A stretch of DNA of 64,000 nucleotides from the NCBI RefSeq assembly GCF_006345805.1, contig NC_043006.1, positions 73,470,001-73,534,000 on the forward strand, read 5' to 3'. Numbering within the stretch: position 1 is the stretch's first letter; each line of letters opens with the position of its first letter. The position numbers and the translations under genes are program-made. Below are positions 13,011-26,340 of the stretch, piece after piece. A model generated the notes under the pieces. The model ran no database searches, was not told the DNA's origin, and saw nothing but the letters and a program-made list of their open reading frames with translations. Source of the stretch: Octopus sinensis. Taxonomy: Eukaryota.

Positions 13011-13215
13011 TCAATTAGCTAACACACGCATTAGAAATACAATTTGTATGTTAAGCAGTAAAAATATTCAAAGCTTTTCCCAAGTTCAACATACGACATT
13101 GTTTTCTTACCAATGTTTCAGCGACGGAGTTTTATATCTATTTTAAGAATCAGCTCCTTGTTTACAGGAAGTCTTCAAATAATAAAAAAAATAGAAGCGA
13201 ACATGTGTACATACA

Positions 13216-13292
<77 letters not shown>

Positions 13293-13361
13293 TATATATT
13301 ATTTTATAGAAGGAGCTTCTACAGGACTAGAACTGTTTCATTCAAATGAAATCATCAGGAA

Positions 13362-13400
<39 letters not shown>

Positions 13401-13547
13401 ATATATACATACATATATATAAAATTTGTAGAAAACGTAAATCCGAAAGAAGTACACTAAGATATATATATATATATATTGGTAAAACGGTAAGATAACA
13501 AAAGAAAGAAAGAGACCTCAATATTATGTAAATAGAGGAAATTTATC

Positions 13548-13633
13548 TATAAAATAATATGTTACATTACTCGATAGTCAAGATAAACTCAGAGTTTTAT
13601 CTTGACTATCGAGTAATGTAACATATTATTTTA

Positions 13634-13635
<2 letters not shown>
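13548..13635. repeat. Near-perfect hairpin (about 40-bp arms) at the end of a short insertion in (TA)n
   Basis: tataaaataatatgttacattactcgatagtcaagataaa / tttatcttgactatcgagtaatgtaacatattattttata. Confidence 0.9.
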
Positions 13636-13664
<29 letters not shown>

Positions 13665-13667
13665 TTG

Positions 13668-14069
13668 AATGATGACAAAATAACGCCCTTAGTAGGATAG
13701 GTAGAGAGGAGAATAAGGGGAAAGAAAATGAAAATGAAATAAATTAAAACAGGATAAGATACAATAATATGGAGGGAAACGAAATAAAATAAAAGTAAAA
13801 CAACATAATATGCAATAAAGATAGTAGATTACAAGGCGGTTTTATTTTCTCTAATAGGTTGATGGATATAATTTTTTTTTCAAAGGTGACGGATATACAA
13901 GATTTAAAGGTTCGTGGATATAAGGTTTGAAAGTTTCAAAATACTTTGAAGTTTTAAAAGTTTTAAAATGTTTAGAAGTTTTCAAAGTTTTAGGACGTAT
14001 AAAAGGTTTGTGGATATGGAAGGAAGTATAGCAGTGGATAGGTAGATAGATGGTTAGAGACATAGGTAA

Positions 14070-14129
<60 letters not shown>

Positions 14130-14870
14130 GTCTGCCTGCCTGTCTGTCTGTCTGTCTGTCTGTCTGTCAGTTTCCTTCTCTCTCTCTGTTTTTATATATT
14201 TATTTATTTATTTATGCGCCCTTTTCATACCTAGCCAGGCTCATGGCCCGTTTCCCGGTTTCTGTGGCGTATGCCCCCCCCTAGCTGAACGGGACGCCAG
14301 TTCATCGCAGCGTTACTCAAGAAACAGGAAGAGAGAGTGAGAGAAAGTTGTGGCGAAAGAGTACAACAGGGATCACCCCCCCACACCTGCCGGAACCTCG
14401 TGGAGCTTTAGGCGTCTGGGAATCGAAACCGCGATCCTCCGACCGCGAGTCCGCTGCCCTAACCACTGGGCCATTGCGCCTCCGCCTCTGTTTTTATACC
14501 TACTTCAATATCCACAAACGTTTTATACACCTTAAACTTTCAAAACCGAAAAAAATATATTAAAATTTTAAAAACTTGAAAAACTTCTAAAACTTTTATA
14601 TCCACGAACCTTTAACGCTTTTATATCCGAGACCTTTCAAAAGAAATTTATATCCATCAACCTATTACAGAAAATTAAACCTCCTTGTATCTACTAACTT
14701 GTATTATATATATTATATATATTAAAATTCTTGCATTTTATATTCTTTCTTTTCCCACCTTATTGTATCTCATCCTGTTTTATTATTTTATTCTATTTTA
14801 TTGTATTTATTCTCATCTTCTTCCTTACCAATTCTACTGACAGCGTTACTTTGTTATCTGACTGAACTGC
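13668..14870. mobile_element. Fold-back/MITE-like element with diverged arms of about 370 bp; centre filled by (TCTA)n and a SINE
   Basis: For example taataggttgatggatataa (13852) versus ttatatccatcaacctatta (14648), and aaaggttcgtggatataa versus ttatatccacgaaccttt. Confidence 0.7.
14200..14486 (-). mobile_element. tRNA-derived SINE, family C
   Basis: Minus-strand head ggaggcgcaatggcccagtggttagggcagcggactcgcggtcggaggatcgcggtttcgattccc with A- and B-box-like motifs. Confidence 0.8.
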
Positions 14871-14959
14871 AAGCATATTGCCGGAGATATACCAACACAT
14901 TATATATATATTTTTTTCCCTTGCTTCAGTCATTAGACTGCAGCCGTGCTGTGACACTA

Positions 14960-15082
<123 letters not shown>

Positions 15083-15104
15083 TTGTCTGTCTGTCTTTTA
15101 TTCT

Positions 15105-15291
15105 TTTATTCTTTCACTTGTTTCAGTCAATTGACTGTGGGCATGCTGGAGCACCGCGTTTAGTCGTGCAAATCGAGTCCAGGACTTACTCCTTGTAAGC
15201 CTAGTACTTATTCTGTTGTTCTTTTTGCCGAACCGCTAGACCACGGAGACGTAAACACACCAGCATCGGTTGTCAAGAGATTTTGGGGGGA

Positions 15292-15378
<87 letters not shown>

Positions 15379-15398
15379 GCGCACACACACACACCACA

Positions 15399-15429
<31 letters not shown>

Positions 15430-15567
15430 AATACACACATACATATATACGACGGGCTTCGTTCAGTTTCCTTCTACCAAATCCACTCACAAGGCTTTGG
15501 TCGGCCCGAGGTTATAGTAGAAGACACTTGCCGAAGGTGCCACGCAGTGGGACTGAATCCGGAACCA
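15105..15567 (-). mobile_element. tRNA-derived SINE, family A, with internal (CA)n
   Basis: Reverse complement of the ggttcagtcccactgcgtggcacc...gactgaaacaagt unit seen at 26341. Confidence 0.8.
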
Positions 15568-16489
15568 TATATATATATATATATATATCCCCAATTATAC
15601 ATACATACATACACATTTACATGTATTCATGCCTATCTAAATCATTTCTCTAGAACTTGTTTCCATTTCATTATGCAAATTAGTGATGTTATAAATATGT
15701 TCTGCTATATTTGTATACGATTAAGTGTCTCGTTCTGCAGGAAATAAGATGGGCCATATATATATATATATATATAGGATGATGTTTTTTTTACAGAAAA
15801 AATTCATCAAAAAAGTGGCACCATATTAAAATACCTTTGAAGGTGAAAATTATAAACAACTTATAAACAAGGGCAAAAGAAAATTATTTCTGCATAGAAA
15901 TAATATATATTTATTATATATATATATATATATGTCAGTGAACAAGTGCATCTAGTTATGTTTGCATCGAGTTAATTGTTGAACTATTTTTTTCTCATAG
16001 CTAAACATCTTAGGTGTCGGTAAGAGGTTATTGCATTCTAATTGAATCAACATTGAGATCCAATGCCTTTTTACAAATCGCCGTCTATAGCGACTGCGAG
16101 CTGTTGTGGATATTAATGAATTACGTTAGTGCAGACACCATAACTCTGAGTGTTTGTCTTTTTGCAGATTAATTTCTGCGTCTAAAAATTTTTGATGCAC
16201 CTTATAATGTAAAATAACATTTTTGTACTTAAATCAGTTTGAAATACGATGAGTATTTTCTTTACATACACATACACACAGGAAACAAAAATATATAAAA
16301 AAACAAAACAAAAACAACAACAAAAAACTTCAGCAGTATTCATATTAGTGGTTCATTTGTTTTTCGTTTAGAATCAGAAACTTAGAAGTGTTTCCTTATT
16401 TTTGAGATTGTTATTCTTGCTATTGTCGATAATGTTGCTGCTACCATTGTGGAGGAACTCGGTTTTTAATTATCATTATTATTTCCAAC

Positions 16490-17305
16490 CGATCTTAGTA
16501 CACCGGTCGAAATCCTTAGCTACGTTCCGAGTTCAAGTACCGCCGAAGTTGACTTTGCCTTTCATCCTTCCGGGGTCGATAAATTAAATACCGGTTGAAC
16601 ACTGGCAGCGATGTGATCCACTCATTCCCTTTCCCAAAATTGCTGCCCTTGTGGAAAAATTTGAAACCCTTATTACCAGCCGATCTTAGCACGCCGTGCG
16701 AAATGCTTAGCGGTATTTCGTCTGCCGTTACGTTCTGAGTTCAAATTCCGCCGAGGTCAACTTTGCTTTTAATCATTTCGAGGTCGATCAAATAGGTACC
16801 AGTCAAGTGTTGGGGGTAGATGTAATCGACTAGTCCCCTCCCTTCAAATTTCAGGCCTTGTGCATATAGAAGAAAGGATTATTATTACCAGCTAAGGCGG
16901 CGAGCTGGCAGAAACGTTCGTACGCCGGCCGAAATGCTTAGCGGTATTTCGTCTGCCGCTACGCTCTGAGTTCAAATTCCGCCGAGGTCGACTTTGCCTT
17001 TCATCCTTTCGGGGTCGATTAAATAAGTACCAGTTACGCACTGGGGTCGATATAATCGATTTAATCCCTTTGTCTGTCCTTGCTTGTCCCCTCTGTGTTT
17101 AGTCCCTTGTGGGCAATAAAGAAATAAGAATCGTTAGCACCTCGGACAAAATGCTTAGCGACATTTCGTCCCACTTTATGCTCAAATTCCGCCGAGTTTG
17201 ATTTTGCCTTTCATATTTTCGGGGTCGATAAAACAAGTACCAGTTATGTAATTGATTATGCCCTACCCTGAAATTCCTAACCTTGAGCCAAAATTTAAAA
17301 CCATT
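16490..17305 (+). mobile_element. Cluster of about four SINE family B copies (tandem or nested)
   Basis: Repeated ggcggcgagctggcaga...gagttcaaattccgccgaggtcgactttgcctttcatcctttcggggtcgat units. Confidence 0.8.
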
Positions 17306-17729
17306 ATTATTACTGAGTAATCTAAATTTTCTTAAATTCTACTAGACACGTGTAGTAATACCAGACATTTCTCTCAATTTCTTTATGCTAACTTGTTAAA
17401 AGTTTTATATATTTTAATTTGTCATTTTAATGTAAATTTTCAATTTTATTCTTCAGTTGCCCGGAGCTTCAGGTAGATACGAAAACTATACATATCTAAA
17501 ATATAAGTTACAGAAATACAGTTTGATCCTTCTGGGCATCAATTTGCGATGCTAAAACTAAATTGATTCGAAATAATTTCCCACAGCAAGCAGTAATTAT
17601 TACGTCTACGACCTGAGCTACCACAATAAATCGGTTAGCGAAACATAAATCAGACGAGTTTTGTAGCATTTTCAATAATATTTTCCTTCCATTAAAACAG
17701 TCTACAGTAGAGCAGATATTAATGTTCCC

Positions 17730-17884
17730 TTCAAATTCCGCCGAGGTCGACTTTGCCTTTCATTCTTTCGGGGTCGATAAATTAAGTAACAGTTACGCAC
17801 TGGGGTCGATGTAATCGACTTAATTCGTTTGTCTGTCCTTGTTTGTCCTCTCTGTGTTTAGCCCCTTGTGGGCAGTAAAGAAAT
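17730..17884 (+). mobile_element. 5'-truncated SINE B with LINE-like tail and target-site duplication
   Basis: Flanked by agatattaatgttccc (17714-17729) and agatattatgttccc (17885-17899). Confidence 0.75.
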
Positions 17885-20800
17885 AGATATTATGTTCCCA
17901 ATCAGAGGATAACTCGCGAGGAGCGGTTTCCTCTTGCCAATTCACAGAAACACTTTAAAAAATGTACTGGTTGTTTACTCTCCTCCTCTTCCTCCTCTGT
18001 CGGTGTCGTCGTCAGCTAAACCATTCACTTCATTGCTACTCTGAGTTTTTATTTTCTGCCCCGGTCACAACTCACACACACACACACAGGCACGCCAATA
18101 ACATCCGTTGATATTTTAAGATGTTTCGAAACGATCACACTGCCTAACATCTTCCTTTTATTTTATTAAGTTAGTTCGTCTATTATTCCTAAGAGGTCAT
18201 CTTTATTTTAATTCACTCAAGAACAACCTAAAGTGAACAACAGATATATTGATATTGGCGTTTGATGAGGATTTAACTCGATTCTCTGAAGTACGATTCT
18301 CGGTACGTTTTGAACATTACATAAGTCACCGGAATGGTAAAAGTTATTACCATTTCAATTGGATTCTGCTGACCATTTAACTAAACCTCCGATGGCATTT
18401 GTGTAATTATGGATTGTCAGTAATGTAAAGCTATAGAACTGTAGTAACTACTAGTATCTTGAGAATTAGTAATAATAAGAATGTAGTCTGTTATTAAGGG
18501 CGGTAGTATTTTTAGTTTCGTCTTATGTTGTTATTGTCTATCTTCAGATCAAGTTCTAAGTGAACAAACTAAATATGAAAAGCGTTCCAGTTCAGACCAT
18601 CTAGTTATGTTTTGGCAATATAGGACTATATTGACTATTATGAGCCTTCGTACATTAAGAAGTTGATGTGCGATTTGAGGGAGATTTGGTTGCTATCTCT
18701 AGCGGGTCAAGTGACTCTACCGCATGCTAAAGATAGAAATAGGCGCCAAATCTCCCTCAAATCATACACCATCCTCTTAAAATATGAAGTTGGTGCGTGA
18801 GGTTGGCATGTGAAATGTAATACTAATTAATTCACATTCTTTTAAATTAATCATGGATTATCTCGTAGCTTCGACATTTCATGGTGGGGTAGGTGTGAGA
18901 GGTCGGATTTAGCCGATTGGAGCATAAAACATACAGAACATTTGGAACTGGTATAGCTGGTTTAAATGCTAAAGAGATATGTAGGCCCACTTATTGGCTT
19001 GTTTGCATTATGTAATTTTATAAGGTATTAGCACTGTACAATGGCCTTAGGCTCATTGAAAATTGAAGTCTTCGGTGCAGGTTCAATTTCCAGTTGCACC
19101 CTTTCATTTCAGTTCCGTCAGTTCTCCGACATCCCTCACAGCTCCTCATCTTTGATCCAGTTGCATATCGTATATGTAACAGTTGGAGAAGTGGAGAAGA
19201 AAAAGAGTGAGATATAAGTACAAGTAGACAGTTGAGCAGATTGGAGTCATGTGACAGTAAGACCCTTGCTCAAGGACACAACACACCATTCAGTCCTAGA
19301 ATTGACTCTATTGTCTTATAATCATGAACCGAATACCTTAACCTGAAAGATAGGCGCCTTCACGGTCCTCAGACTAGCTTTCAATTAATAAAGTTTTCAA
19401 AAGATCAGTGGAGCTACAGTCCTGAAACTTACATTGATTTAAACGCCTGACGTTTAAATCAATGTAAGACGGAGGTGGTTGAAAAATACTTTTAATATGG
19501 GAAAATATAGAGTTCTGTGATTAAGTAGTATACTTCAAGAATAGATGGTTCCAGGTTTGATCCACTATACGACACCTCAGGCAAGTGTCTTTTACCATTG
19601 TCTTGTGTTGACCAAATCTTCGTGAGTAAACATCAATTTCCATGGAAACCGCCGGGAAGCAGTGGAAACTGGTCGGGGGATTGGTTTGTTTTACTTGGGT
19701 CGTAGATATCATTCATTGCCTGGTTTAACACCACCTTCTACTTCTCCTTGGGCTAATGTGGAGCGTTCCAGCAAGATCTCCGGTCTAAGAACAAGTTTCC
19801 CTCTCTCTTCCTCCTGTGATGGAAGCCTTGTAAAGTGCTATGAGCATCGTCCTCCTCACTTTCAATAAATCATTTAAAAATCAATAGCAACGTAAGACCA
19901 GTGATTAATCAACTTTACATTTCACCCGACCATTTCATTAGAATGAATATTAACCATATATTGAGAACTACTCGATATATTAATCCCCGTCCAAGCATTT
20001 GTTTAGTGGTTAAGAAAAAAAAGAACAACCTATATTTATGTTGGTTTGTTTGCATTGTCCGTAACGTGGCGGTTCGCAAAACACCCCGATAGAATAAGTA
20101 CTAGATTTGAAAATAAGCTCTGGGATCGATCTGTTCAACTAGAACCCATCAAAGTGGTGCCCCAGCATGGCTGCAGTCCAATGACCGAAACAAATAAAAT
20201 ATAAAAGATAATGCAAACTATTTTATTGCTAAATTATTTTAAGATGAGCGGAAAGGTGATGGTGAGAGAGAATCGTTTGAGCATCATTCTTACAGCACAC
20301 ACGATATTCCATACCTACTTATGGTAGCTATTTATACCAAAGAGAATTAAGCTAACGTCATTTATTCTATTTCAATAGATCATAGGTCAACTCTGAAGCA
20401 AAATCTGAGCATTCATCCCTTTCACCAAAAGAAATTTATAACTAAAGTTACTAAAGTTTGTGCTACTCACACCCGAAAGTTTTAAGATATATTCTCTACT
20501 GTTCTGTTTGAGCAAATATTTCAGAAAATCTATTGAATCCATTATCTGTCTTTTGTTTCCAGTAAAACTTTAACTGTCATTTGTTCAGATGGTTGCTTCG
20601 TGTAAAATGGACATAAATGTTTCAAACTTTAAAAAGACCTCCGAATTAATGAGCTAATGAATCAATGAGAACTTACAATACAAACCAACGTTTAAGTATT
20701 TATTCCGTAACTTATGGCTGTGATAACATTATATATTCAGGCTTAGAAATATTACTGGAACAATTCAAAGAAGGAACAAGACATATTAGAAGTTGGAACA

Positions 20801-21399
20801 ATCGTAGAAGAATATCTAGAAAGTTAATTGCTATCTTAGCCCAATCTGTTAACTGGTTTTTCATGGCTTTGAGTAGAACAATGGTACATTAATCACTTTA
20901 TCCTCTGAATTATTAACTAACATAAAACAGTTCTTGCAAACAATCATGACAACAGCACACATTTCAATCCGTTCTTCTTAGTTGAATAGCATTACACAAG
21001 ATAGTCACGAGATATTGTCTTTGTTGATTCATTAGGCCACCATTATTATTTATTCATTAGTCATCTATACAAACAGAAGCAGATATGTTTAAAGCATTTT
21101 AAAAGTATTCAAAAGATAAGAAATGACACGGACAGTGTACCGCCACTACTTGTAAAGAGGGGTTAAATATACTTTACAGGAGGCTTTCACCAGAAGTGGA
21201 AAATATCTGTTACACCTAAAGAGATAATATTATCTTAGTAAGCCTCTGCATTAAGCTTTGCCTTTCATCCTTGCGGAGCTGACAGGCTATGTACCAATCA
21301 AATGATGGGATCAATGCAATTGAGTATACACACTAACTCAAAATTTCTGATATTGTGCCCTATGCTCCAGATTATCAATTTTATTGAACTTCTTTTTAC

Positions 21400-21592
21400 A
21401 TATAGGGAGAGTTTACGAAAAAAACAAAAGACGAAGACAGGTGGTGTAGAAAACAAACAGATGTATTAGTATAACGCTCAGGAATAGAGAAAGTCTTTTA
21501 CGTTTCGAGCTTATGCTCTTCTACAGAAAGGGACACAGAAAAAACAAGGAGAGAAAAAAATGTGTGTAGTGGCTAACGATCAATCATGGCGA
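21400..21592 (-). mobile_element. Short non-coding PLE-like remnant carrying an HHR-like motif (21495-21530)
   Basis: Minus strand CUUU-CUGUAGA-A-GAGC(AUAA)GCUC-GAAAC-GUA-AAAG; the core has A6U. Confidence 0.55.
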
Positions 21593-23003
21593 ACATGATT
21601 TTTACATACATATTTTTACATACATACATAAGTCTTCAAACTGCAATCATCCATGCGAGAGTTGCAGTGCAATTTAACAATAGTGTCTAATTTAATCACA
21701 AGGCTAGCAATTTTGAAGAGAGGGGCAGTCGATTAATTCGATCGCCTGTATTTGACTAGTAATTTATAGTAACGAGGCCGTACGGATGAAAAACAAAGTT
21801 GACCTCGGTAGCATTTGAACACAAAATGTAATGAGTTCGAAGAACTACCACAAGGCCTTGTTTGTGATGCTATAAAGATGCTGTCAATGCATTTAGAAAA
21901 AAGGATAGGAATTTAGAGGAGAGTATGTTAACCCCTTACATTGATTCCAGTACTTAACTGGTGATTTATTTTATTGACCTTGATAGGATAGATGTTCAAG
22001 TTGACTTGCGCAGGATATGAACTTAAAATGTAAAAGTTGAAACGAATAACACAAAACATTTTCCACTACAAACTTACGATTCTACCAATTCACTGCCCAA
22101 CATTGTAATTCAATCCTATAACACTCTTAGGGATGATATGTGTGAATTTTAGCTGTAAAATTCCGACTGATATCATAAGAAATTCTGCTTAAAGAAGGTG
22201 TTAATTGTTTTAAGTTTTCTTTTTCTTATTTCTTGCCAAGTATTTATTCTGCTTTATAGAATCTGTTTTATGTGTTAACGCAGCCAAGATGTTGCTCCAC
22301 CCGACATGTTGCTCTGTCTGATACCTGAGAGCAATCACTGTTATCCGGGCTCCTGTGAATCCGTTTCCCGTTATGATGTGAAGCAGAATTTGTACTCAGA
22401 GCACAAAGAATCGAAACAGATACTGCGCTCCATGCTCTGACAATTCATCCGACCTGCAATTTGGATTGTCATTTTGTTTAACGATCCCTACCCCAACAAA
22501 CGATGGAAGTCGAAGTTAACCATAGTTGGACTTGAACTCAAAACACTGAAAACCCGGAACGAATACTACACGCTATTTTATCCGACGCTCTCCTAACGGA
22601 AGTCCTAATTCATTGCCATTCAATAAAATTTTCTTTAATGGAATTCAAATGTTAGAATTTAATGAAAAATGATAGAAAAAAATCGAGATGGTTGCATGCA
22701 ATATATGTTCTTCACAGTTTAAATATTTCTTTTCGTTAATGGAAAGAAAGCACGGATAAAACATGTAAACATAAGATAAACGAGTTGGAAGTTATAACTT
22801 CAAGGAAAACATTATTTAAAGAAGCTGATTGATGATACTGTATCTGAATATTTTAAAAAGTATAGTGAATTAAAACTGGTATCTCCGTCTCTTTTGGGTA
22901 ATATAGATACATTAGTCCGAACAATATTTTCCCCCTTAACTATATTGGTGGTGTTAGTATTTTGTCCACAAAATAAGAGACCACATCGTTTTCTCTCTCC
23001 CCT

Positions 23004-23890
<887 letters not shown>

Positions 23891-24142
23891 TGTTTGTCTC
23901 TCTCTCTCTCTTATCATATGTCGAAAAGTAAGATTCTCCACTTCACTCTTAGCAACTGAAGTTATTGCAATCTTTAATGAAATCTTCCAAGCTGTTCCAG
24001 CTTCATGAAGAGAGTCTTCTGAATTCGTCACACCACACACACACATTGGCATTTGCTTTCGTTTATGGTTATATACAAATACAATGTAACATTAAACAGA
24101 AAGATGATTCAATACTTTTTAGAAGAGTACATATGTATCATG

Positions 24143-24400
24143 TGGAGGCGCATGGTTTAGCGGCTAGGGTGTCAACATCATGATCGTAAGACTGTGGTTT
24201 CGATTTCTGGACCGGGCGACGCGTTGTGTTCTTGAGCAAAACACTTCATTTCACGTTGCTCCAGTCCACTCAGCTGGCAAAAATGAGTAACGCTGCGATG
24301 GACTGGCGCCCCTTCCAGCTGGGGAACACATACGCGATTGAGGCTGGGAAACCGGGCCCATGAGCCTAGCTAGGCTTTAAAAGGGTGCATTTATCTATTT
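24143..24400 (+). mobile_element. tRNA-derived SINE, family C
   Basis: ggaggcgcatggtttagcggctaggg...ggtttcgatttctggaccgggcg head; 3' part shared with the 14200 and 63560 copies. Confidence 0.7.
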
Positions 24401-24583
24401 TATTTACATATGTATCAACTTTTACAAGATGAGGTTGATAATGACTTCGAAGTTTCTGGACTTCATCACACCTCTACACACACACGTGCGCGCACACATA
24501 TATTATATAATGAAGGCAATGTATAATGTAACTAAGACGAACAACTGAGTGTATTGTCGTTGGTAATGCTTTTGCTGTCTTTA

Positions 24584-24800
24584 AGGCGGTAAGCTGGCAG
24601 AATCGGTAGCACGCCGGGAAAAATGCTTAGTGGTATTTCGTTCGTCTTTACGTTCTGAGTTCAAATTTCACCGAGGACGACTATCCCTTTTATTATTTTG
24701 AGGTCGATAAAATAAGTGCCAGCGACGAACTTGGGTCGATATAATGAATTAGATCCCACTCCTGAAGTCGCTGGCCTTGTGCCAAAATTCGAAATCAATA
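24584..24800 (+). mobile_element. SINE family B
   Basis: ggcggtaagctggcagaatcggtagcacgccggg... head. Confidence 0.7.
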
Positions 24801-25371
24801 TTATTGCTGTTGTTATTGTTGTTGATATTTAACCCCAGGTAAACCCTGATCACATAGACTTATGCTCAAATGCGTTGCAGTTGTGATAATTCGCTATTTT
24901 AGAGCTATGAATGGCTACATTATCTAATATGCTCGCCCTTATTTAAAACAAGAGGATGACGGATATTTGGTTGGTATTTCTAGACAGTCGAGACATCAAG
25001 CTGTTGTCGCTAATCTATTTTGTTTTCATTATAATGTTCTATGACGAGAAACTATAGGAGTTCTGGAATTTTCCTGTGAACAAAAGACATTCAAATAACT
25101 CCAGGAAGACTTGGATTGAAACTAACAATCTAATGTAACTCTGGTGATTAGTTTAAGTTAGCATAACTAAAAGAGAGGCATCCAGTGTTGCCGGGGAACA
25201 AAAGAGCCTCACTTGTTGGCTAATTAGTTGAATTCGACTCATGGCAGTTCTGCATGAATTTATTATCTCAAACACATTCTTTATATCATTACTAAAAGTT
25301 TATTTTTTTTCCTGGCAATCAATTTTTACTTCTGGAATAACTCAATATATTAGTATTTTTCAATGTATTTG

Positions 25372-25705
25372 TGAAGGCGCATGGCTCAGTGGTTAGGTCG
25401 TCGAGCTTGCGTTCATGAGGTTGTGATTTCGAATCACGGACCGGGTTGCGTGTTGTGTTCTTGAGCAATACACCTTATTTCACGTTGCTCCACTTCACTC
25501 AACTGTAGAAATGAGTTGCGACGTCACAGATGTCAAGCTGTATCGGCCTTTGCCTTTCCCTTGGATAACACTGGCGTGGAGAGGGTAGGCCGATATGCAT
25601 GGGTGACTGCTGGTCTTCCATAAAACAAACTTGCCCGGAATTGTACCTGGGAGGGTAACTTTCTAGGTGCTATCCCATGGTCAGTCATGACCGAAGGAGG
25701 TTTCA
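25372..25705 (+). mobile_element. tRNA-derived SINE (C-like head, different body)
   Basis: gaaggcgcatggctcagtggttagg...tttcgaatcacggaccggg...gtgttcttgagcaa. Confidence 0.65.
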
Positions 25706-25723
25706 GCATATCTATGTATTTAT

Positions 25724-26133
25724 AATTAATTGTTATCGCCATATTAGTATGGCATTCTTATAGATATAAGAATAATCGCTGCCGCTGGTCAGCTCCATGA
25801 GGCCACCGCCTTAAGATAGCTATTGATACACGATCTGTATCCATTATAACCTTCGAACAAGGGAGGTCAGCCGCTTCACACTGCCAGTCCGACAGCTACA
25901 GACGCGTTTCGGGGTATTGCCCCTTGTCAATGTAGCGCAGTCAGACCCCGCAGGTGTCGCCACTGACGTCTCTGTTCGAAGGTTTCTATTTACCTAGTTT
26001 CAGTGGGTTATAATGGATACAGATCGTGTATCAATAGCTATCTTAAGGCGGTGGCCTCATGGAGCTGACCAGCGGCAGCGATTATTCTTATATCTATAAG
26101 AATGCCATACTAATATGGCGATAACAATTAATT
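25724..26133. mobile_element. 410-bp fold-back element with perfect 128-bp inverted arms enclosing a hammerhead ribozyme
   Basis: Arm 25724-25851 reads by eye as the exact reverse complement of 26006-26133. Inner stem ccttcgaaca..g.tcag / ctgac...tgttcgaagg. Confidence 0.85.
25895..25936 (-). ncRNA. Type I hammerhead ribozyme, U3-A8 core variant
   Basis: Minus strand GCUACA-UUGACAA-GGGG(CAAUA)CCCC-GAAAC-GC-GUC-UGUAGC. 6-bp stem I, 4-bp stem II, palindromic helix III (ACGCGU), GUC cleavage triplet. Confidence 0.8.
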
Positions 26134-26209
26134 TCCAGTAAACGCTGCCGTAATCTCTTTTATAGAGACTTAGTAATTTTAATATTTCTATTATGTATTT
26201 ATATGTGTA

Positions 26210-26280
<71 letters not shown>

Positions 26281-26340
26281 CACACATGTATATACATGTA
26301 TGTGTATACATATATGTATATTTAAAGATATGTATATATA

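Noticed and set aside
13320-13362. Minus-strand CUGAUGA...GAAAC motif between (TA)n tracts
   Set aside because: Weak stem II and no complementary stem I; at best a truncated remnant.
14420-14486. tRNA gene (also at 47463 and 63790)
   Set aside because: These tRNA-like heads run on into shared SINE bodies, so they are SINEs rather than tRNA genes.
16490-17305. CRISPR-like repeated units
   Set aside because: These are diverged SINE copies of about 200 bp in eukaryotic DNA, with no repeat-spacer periodicity or cas genes.
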